A stretch of 64,000 nt of DNA, from positions 62,001 through 126,000 of the forward strand of contig JAXLNO010003865.1 in NCBI GenBank assembly GCA_038087875.1, read 5' to 3'. Shown here in pieces: positions 56,201-64,000 of the stretch; the stretch's first letter is position 1, and each line of letters begins with the position of its first letter. The notes under the pieces are model-generated. The model had not been told where the DNA came from, ran no database searches, and saw only the letters and a list, made by a program, of their open reading frames with translations. The DNA comes from Malacoraja senta. Taxonomy: Eukaryota. A program made the position numbers and the translations under genes.

Positions 56201-59200
56201 AAGTTTCGTCGCTTTTCGCGCCTGAATTTATGTCGCTTTTCATCTGCTGAATTATCATGGCTTTTCGCGTGGTTCATTTTCATCACTTTTTGCATACTGA
56301 AGGTTCGTCGCTTTTCGCATGCTGAATTTTCTTCGCTTTTCCAGTGCTTCATTTTCATCGCTTTTCTCATCCTGGATTGTCGCATTTCGCATGCTGAATT
56401 TTCGTCATTTTCGCATCCTTAAGGTACGTCACTTTTCGCATGCTGAATTTTCGTTGTTTTCGCATCCTGAATTTACGTTGGTTTTCGCCTGCTGAAGTTT
56501 CATCACTTTTCGCATCCTGAATTTACGCCGCTTTTCATTTGCTGAATTATCGTCGCTTTTCGCGTGTTTCATTTTCATTACTTTTCACATACTGGTTCAT
56601 CGCTTTTCGCATGCAGAATTTTCGTCACTTTTCCAGTTCTTCATTTTCATCGCTTTTCGCGTCCTGAAGGTTTGTTGCATTTCGCATGCTGAATTTTCGT
56701 CACTTTTCGCGTGCTGAATTTTTGTCGCTTTTCACGTACAGAAAACTCGTCACTTTTCACGTGATGAATTTTCGTCGCTTTTCGCGTGATGAATTTTTGT
56801 CGCTTTTCGCATGCTGAATTTTCGTCGCTTTTTCCGTGCTGAATTTCAATCGCTTTTCTCTTTCTGAAATTTCGTTCCTTTTCGCGTGCTGAATTTACGT
56901 CGCTTTTTGCGTGCTTCATTTTCAACGCCTTTCGCGTGCTTAATTTTCAGGCTCTGAAAATGAAGCACGCTGAAAAGTGAGGAAAATTCAACAGGCGAAA
57001 TGCGACGAATCTTCAGGATGCAAAAAGCGACGAAAATTCAGCACGTGAAAAGTGACATCACTTTTCGCATGCTGAATTTTCGTCGCTATTCATGTCCGGA
57101 ATGTTCGTCGCTTTTCGCCTGCTGAATTTCGTCACTTGTCCAGGCTGAATTTTCGTCGCTTGTCTCATCCTGAATTTTCGTCACTTTTCGCGTGCTGAAT
57201 TGTTGTCATTTTCACGTACAGAAAACTCGTCGCTTTTCACGTGATGAATTTTCGACGCTTTTCGCGTGATGAATTTTTGTCGCTTTTCGCATGCTGAATT
57301 TTCGTCGCTTTTTCCATGCTGAATTTTCATCGCTTTTCTCTTTCTGAAATTTCGTTCCTTTTCGCGTGCTGAATTTAGGTCGCTTTTCGCGTGCTTCATT
57401 TTCAACGCCTTTCGCGTGCTTCATTTTCATCACTTTTCACGTCCTGAAGATTCGTCGCTTTTCGCATGCTGAAGTTTTGTCGCTTTTCGTGTCCTGAATT
57501 CACGTCGCTCTTCATGTGCTGAATTTCGTCACTTTTCGCATGCTGAATTTTCGTCGCCTTTCCCATTCCTCATTTTCATCGCTTTTCACGTCCTGAAGGT
57601 TCGTCACTTTTCGCATGCTGAATTGTCGTCGCATTTCGCATGCTGAATTTTTGTCGCTTTTCACAGGCTGAATTTTAATCGCTTTCCCCGTGCTTCATTT
57701 TCACCGCTTTTCACGTCCTGAAGGTTCGTCACTTTTCGCGTGCTGAATTTTCGTCTCTTTTCGCGTGCTGAATTTTCATTGCATTCCAAAGGCTGAGTTT
57801 TCGTCGCTTTTCACGTGCTGTATTTTTGTCACTTTTCGCATGCTGAATTTCCGTCACCTTTCGCGTGCTTCATTTTGATCGCCATTCACGTGCTTCATTT
57901 TCATCAATTTTCGCATCCTGAAGGTTCGTCGCTTTTCGCATGCTGAAGTTTTGTCGCTTTTCGCGTCCTGAATTCACGTCGCTTTTCATGTGCTGAATTT
58001 CGTCACTTTTCGCATGCTGAATTTTTGTCGCTTTTCCCATTCCTCATTTTCATCGCTTTTCGCGTCCTGAAGGTTCGTCACTTTTCGAATGCTGAATTGT
58101 CGTCGCTTTTTCCGTGCTGAATTTTTGTCGCTTTTCGCAGGCTGAGTTTACGATGCTTTTCACATACTGTATTTTCATCACTTTTCGCATGCTGAATATT
58201 CGTAGCATTTCACGTGCGGAATTTTTGTCGCTTTTCGCATGCTGAATTTTAATCGCTTTCCCCGTGCTTCATTTTCTTCACTTTTCGCGTCCTGAAGGTT
58301 CGTCACTTTATGTGTGCTGAATTTTCGTCTCTTTTCGTGTGCTGAATTTTCGTTGTTTTTCACAGGCTGAGTTTTCGTCGCTTTTCACGTGTTGTATTTT
58401 TGTCACTTTTCGCATGCTGAATTTTTGTGGCCTTTCCCTTGCTTCATTTTCATCGCCTTTTGCATGCTTGATTTTTTATCTCTTTTCGTGTCCTGAAGGT
58501 TCGTCGCTTTTCGCATGCTGAAGTTTGGTCGCTTTTCGCGTCCTGAATTTGCTTCGATTTTCCTGAGCTGAATTTTCGTCGCTTGTCATGTTCTGAAATT
58601 TCGTCACTTGTCGCATGCTGAATTTTCGTCACTTTTCGCGTGCTGAATTTTCGTCGCTTTTCCCTTACTGATTTTTCGTCGCTTTTCTCTTTCTGAAATT
58701 CCGTTACATTTCGCGTGCTGAATTTACATCGTTTTTCGCGTCCTGAATGTTCGTCGCTTTTCGCATGCTTTCGTTGCTTTTCGCATCCTGAATTTATGTC
58801 GCATTTCATGTGCTGAATTATCATCGCGTTTCGCGTGTTTCATTTTCATCACTTTATGCATACTGAAGGTTCGTCACTTTTCGCATGCTGAATTTTCGTC
58901 GCTTTTCCAGTGCTTCATTTTCATCGCTTTTCTCGACCTGGATGGTCGCATTTCGCATGCTGAATTTTCGTCACTTTTCGCGTCCTTAAGGTTTGTCACT
59001 TTTCACATGCTGAATTTTCGTTGTTTTCGCATCCTGAATTTACGTCGGTTTTCGCCTGCTGAAGTTTCATCACTTTTCGCATCCTGAATTTACGCCGCTT
59101 TTCATTTGCTGAATTATCGTCGCTTTTCGCGTGTTTCATTTTCATCACTTTTCACATACTGAAGGTTCATCGCTTTTCGCATGCAGAATTTTCGTCACTT

Positions 59201-59400
59201 TTCCAGTTCTTCATTTTCATCGCTTTTCGCGTCCTGAAGGTTTGTTGCTTTTCGCATGCTGAATTTTCGTCGATTTTCGCATCCTGAATTTTCGTCACTT
59301 TTCGCGTGCTGAATTGTTGTCATTTTCACGTACAGAAAACTCGTCACTTTTCACGTGATGAATTTTCGACGCTTTTCGCGTGAGGAATTTTTGTCGCTTT
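50300..59400 (+). repeat. About 2.1-kb higher-order repeat of the satellite
   Basis: Marker ACGTACAGAAAAC at 50349, 52524, 54643 and 56734 (periods 2175, 2119, 2091), and at 57214 and 59328 (2114). Five ORF pairs in the track are offset by exactly 2119 bp. Confidence 0.9.
56944..57057 (-). repeat. About 110-bp inverted satellite segment
   Basis: A-rich monomers embedded in the T-rich array, with hairpin junctions at both ends. Confidence 0.9.
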
Positions 59401-62400
59401 TCGCATGCTGAATTTTCGTCGCTTTTTCTGTGCTGAATTTTCATCGCTTTTCTCTTTCTGAAATTTCGTTCCTTTTCGCGTGCTGAATTTAGGTCGCTTT
59501 TCGCGTGCTTCATTTTCAACGCCTTTCGCGTGCTTCATTTTCATCACTTGTCGCGTCCTGAAGATTCGTCGCTTTTCGCATGCTGAAGTTTTGTCGCTTT
59601 TCGTGTCCTGAATTCACGTCGCTCTTCATGTGCTGAATTTCGTCACTTTTCGCATGCTGAATTTTCGTCGCTTTTCCCATTCCTCATTTTCATCGCTTTT
59701 CACGTCCTGAAGGTTCGTCACTTTTCGCATGCTGAATTGTCGTCGCATTTCGCGTGCTGAATTTTTGTCGCTTTTCACAGGCTGAGTTTACGTTGCTTTT
59801 CACGTGCTGTATTTTCGTCACTTTTCGCATGCTGAATATTCGTCGCATTTCACGTGGTGAATTTTTGTCGCTTTTCGCATGCTGAATTTTAATCACTTTT
59901 CCCGTGCTTCATTTTCATCGCTTTTCACGTCCTGAAGGTTCGTCAATTTATGTGTGCTGAATTTTCGTCTCTTTTCGTGTGCTGAATTTTCGTTGCTTTT
60001 CGCAGGCTCAGTTTTCGTCGCTTTTCACGTGTTGTATTTTTGTCACTTTTCGCATGCTGAATTTTCATCGCCTTTCGTATGCTTCATTTTTATCTCTTTT
60101 CGCGTCCTGAAGGTTCGTCGCTTTTCGCATGCTGAAGTTTGGTCGCTTTTCGCGTCCTGAATTTACTTTGCTTTTCGTGAGCTGAATTTTCGTTGCTTGT
60201 CATGTTCTGAAATTTCGGCACATTTCGCATGCTGAATTTTCGTCACTTTTCGCGTGCTGAATTTTCGTCGCTTTTCCCTTACTGATTTTTCATCGCTTTT
60301 CTCTTTCTGAAATTCCGTTACTTTTCGCGTGCTGAATTTACATCGTTTTTCGCGTCCTGAATGTTCGTCGCTTTTCGCATCCTGAAGTTTCGTCGCTTTT
60401 CGCGTCCTGAATTTACGCCGCTTTGCATGTGCTGAAATATCGTCACTTTTCATTTGCTGAATTATCGTCGCTTTTCGCGTGTTTCATTTTCATCACTTTT
60501 CGCATACTGAAGGTTCATCGCTTTTCGCATGCAGAATTTTCGTCACTTTTCCAGTTCTTCATTTTCATCGCTTTTCGCATCCTGAAGGTTTGTTGCTTTT
60601 CGCATGCTGAATTTTCGTCGATTTTCGCATCCTGAATTTTCGTCACTTTTCGCGTGCTGAATTTTTGTCGCTTTTCACGTACAGAAAACTCGTCACTTTT
60701 CGCGTGATGAATTTTCATCGCTTTTCGCGTCCTGAATTTTCGTCGCTTTTCGCATGCTGAATTTTCGTCGCTTTTCCCTTGCTGAATTTTCATCGCTTTT
60801 CGCAGGCTGAGTTTTCGTCGCTTTTCACGTGCTGTATTTTTGTCACTTTTCCCATGCTGAGTTCTCATTGCTTTTCGCGTGCTGAATTTTCGTCGCCTTT
60901 CGCGTGCTTCATTTTTTTTATCACTTTTCGCGTCCTGAAGTCTCGTCGCTTTTCGCATGCTGCATTTTTGTCAATATTCACGGCTGAAATTTCGTCGCTT
61001 GCCTCGATCTGAAATTTCGTCACTTTTTTTGTCGCTTTTCGCGTCCTGAAGGTTCCTCATTTTTTCACGTGCTGAATTTTCATCGCTTTTCGCATGCTGA
61101 ATTTTCGTCGCTTTCCATGTGGTGAAATTTTGTCGCTTTTCACGTGCTGAAATATTCATCGCTTTATGTATCCCTATGTTTTGTTACTTTTCGCGTCCTA
61201 AATTTACCTCGCTTTTGGTATGATGAATTTTAATCACTTTTTGCATTCTGTAGTTTTGTAGCTTTTCGCATGCTGAATTTTCGTCGCTTTTCTAGTGTGG
61301 AATTTTCGTCGCTTTTCACGTTCTGAAATTTTGTCACTTTTCGCGTGCTGAATTTTCGTTGATTGTCGTGTCCTGAAAGCTCGTCACTTTTCATGTGCTG
61401 AATTTTGATCGCTTTTTGCAGGCTGAATTTTCGTCGCTTTGTGTCCCGATGTTTTGTTGCTTTTCGTGTCCTGAATTTACGTCACTTTTTGTGTGCTGAA
61501 TTAGCGTGTTTCATTTTCATCACTTTTTGCAAACTGAAGGTTCGTTGCTTCTCGCATTCAGAATTTTCGTCGCTTTTCCAGTGCTTCTTCATCGCTTTTC
61601 GCGTGCTGAATTTCCGTTGCTTTTCGCGTGCTGAATTTACGTTGCTTTTCGCATGCTGAATTTTTGTCGCTTTCATGTTCAGAAATTTCGTCACATTTCG
61701 CGTGCGAAATTTTCGTTGCTTTTCGCGTGCTGAATTTACGTCGCTTTTCGCGTGCTGAATTTCCGTCACTTTTCGCGGGCTGAATTTTCATCGCTTTTCG
61801 CATCCTGAATGTTTATCATTTTTCACGTGCTGAATTTTCATCGCTTTTTGCATGCTGTATTTTTTAAGATTTTCGCATGCTGAATTTTCTTAACTTTTCG
61901 AGTGCTGAATTTTCGTCGCCTTTCTCATGCTTCATTTTCAACGCCTTTCGCGTCCTTCATTTTCATCGCCTTTCACGTGCTTCATTTTCATCACTTTTCG
62001 CGTCCTGAAGGTTCGTCACTTTTCGCATGCTGACGTTTTGTCGCTTTTCGCGTCCTGAATTCACGTCGCTTTTCATGTGCTGAATTTCATCACCTTTCGC
62101 ATGCTGAATTTTAATTAATTTCCCCGTGCTTCAATTTCATCGCTTTCCGCGTCCTGAAGGTTCGTCACTTTTCGTGTGCTGAATTTTCGTCTCTTTTCGC
62201 ATGCTGGATTTTTGTTGCTTTTCGCAGGCTGAGTTTTCGTCGCTTTTCACGTGTTATATTTTTGTCACTTTTCGCATGCTGAATTTTGGTGGTCTTTTGC
62301 GTTCTTCATTTTCATTGCCTTTCGGGTGCTTCATTTTTATCTCTTTTCGCGTCCTGAAGGTTCGTCGCCTTTTGCATGCTGAAGTTTGGTCGCTTTATGC

Positions 62401-62723
62401 GTCGCGAATTTACTTCGCTATTCGTGTGCTGAATTATCGTCGCTTGTCATGTTCTGAAATCTCGTCACTTTTCACATGCTGAATTTTCGTCGCTTTTCGC
62501 GTGCTGAATTTTTGTCACTTCGCATGCTGAATTTTTGTCACTTTTCTCTTTCTGAAATTTCGTAACTTTTCCCATGCTGAATTTACGTCGTTTTTCGCAT
62601 CCTGAAGGTTCATGACTTTTGTCGTGCTGAAATGTTGTCACTTTTCCCGTGCTTCATTTTCATCACTTTTCGCATCCTGAAGGTTCGTCGTTTTCGCATG
62701 CTGAACTTTCGTCACTTTTCGCA

Positions 62724-63890
62724 TTCACGACGCGAAAAGCGACGAAAATTCAGCACGCGAAAACTGACAAAATTTATGAACATGATAAACGACGAAAATT
62801 CAGCGCGTGAACAGTGATGAAAATGCTGCATGCGAAAAGCTTGTGAAAAGTAATGAAATTTCAGAAAGAGAAAAGCGACGAAAAATCAGCACGCGAAAAG
62901 CGACGGAAATTCAGCATGCGAAAAGCGACTAAAATTCAGCATGCAAAAAGTGATGAACGTTCAGTATGCGAATAGCGATGAAAAAGAAACACGTGAGAAG
63001 CGACGATACTTCAGCACATGAAAAGCGACGTAAATTCAGGACGCGAAAAGCGATGAAACTTCAGCATGCGAAAAGCGACGAACAATCAGGATGCGAAAAG
63101 TGATGAAAATGAAGCATGCGAAAGGTGATGAAAATGAAGCATGCTGAAAAGTGAGGAAAATTCAGCAAGCGAAATGCAACGAATCCAGGATGCAAAAAGC
63201 GACGAAAGTTCAGCACGTGAAAAGTGACAACATTTCAGAACATGAAAAGCGATGAAATTCAGCACGCGAAAAGCCACGAAAATTCAGCATGTGAAAAGCT
63301 ACAAAAATACAGCATGCAAAAAGCAATGAAAATTCAGCACACAAAAAGCGACGTAAATTCAGGATGCGAAATGCAACAAAACATCGGGACACATAAAGCA
63401 ACGGAAAATTTCAGCACGTGAAAAGCGACAAAATTTCAGCACATGAAAAGCGATGAAAATTCAGCCTGCGAAAAGCTATGAAAATTCAGCACATGAAAAA
63501 TGATGAACCTTCAGAACGAGACAAGTGACGAAAATTCAGCCGCAAATAGTGACGAAAATTCAGCAGGCGAAAAGCGACGAACATTCAGTACGCGAAAAGT
63601 GACAAAAATTCAGCACGCGAAAACTGACAAAATTTATGAACATGAAATGCAACGAAATTTCAGGACGCGAAAAGCCATGAAAATTCTGCATGTGAAAAGC
63701 TACAAAAATACAGCACGCAAAACGATTAAAATTCAGAACATGAAAAGCAACGAAAATTCAGCATGCGAAAAATGACAAAAATACAGGACGTGAAAGACGA
63801 CAAAAACTCAGCCTGTGAAACGCGATGTAATTTAACCACGACAAAGTGATGAACCTTCAGGACGCGAAAGGCGACTTCATTTTTAGCACG
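62724..63890 (-). repeat. Inverted satellite block paralogous to 13181-14290
   Basis: Same entry junction (GAACTTTCGTC.CTTTTCGCATTCA.GAC.CGAAAAGCGACG) and colinear internal variants. Confidence 0.92.
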
Positions 63891-64000
63891 CAAAAAGTCG
63901 CCTTTCGCGTCCTGAAGGTTCATCGCTTTTCACCTCATGAATTTTCATTGCTTTTTGCGTCCTGAAGGTTCGTCACTTTTCACATGCTGAATTTCCATCG

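Larger units (their letters stand above)
39639..64000. repeat. 25-bp satellite array (right)
   Basis: Same monomer as the left array. Mostly T-rich orientation, with inverted blocks at 56944-57057 and 62724-63890 and a MITE at 47188-47635. Confidence 0.97.

Overview
Vertebrate genomic DNA, most likely a cartilaginous fish such as a skate or ray. This is inferred from the repeat content (HE1/V-SINE-like SINE, CR1, Rex1/Babar, RTE, Penelope-like and DIRS elements) and a shark-type MHC class I alpha3 exon. About 39 kb is a CpG-rich 25-bp satellite (consensus TGCTGAATTTTCGTCGCTTTTCGCG) in two arrays, 1-14486 and 39639-64000. The arrays show higher-order repeats (about 3.1-3.3 kb, and 2.1 kb including an exact 2119-bp offset), strand inversions with fold-back hairpin junctions, and a TTAA-flanked MITE present twice at the same insertion site. 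Their ends are paralogous about 49.5 kb apart. Between them is a 25-kb non-satellite island. It carries a multi-exon PRDM9-like pseudogene on the minus strand, largely invisible in the ORF track: KRAB, post-KRAB, SSXRD-end, zinc-knuckle/PR-SET and the next SET exon are present, but the SET C-terminal exon and zinc-finger array were not found. The island also holds an orphan MHC class I alpha3 pseudo-exon with the conserved Trp changed to TAG, a CpG-island promoter with divergent TATA boxes and an inverted pair of Leu-rich leader-like exons, an inverted polypyrimidine/polypurine tract with a stray PRDM9 exon fragment at its pivot, and a 5'-truncated DIRS retrotransposon with intact terminal structure. 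No intact protein-coding gene is supported. Nearly all listed ORFs are satellite or low-complexity artefacts. All homology calls were made by eye, without database searches.
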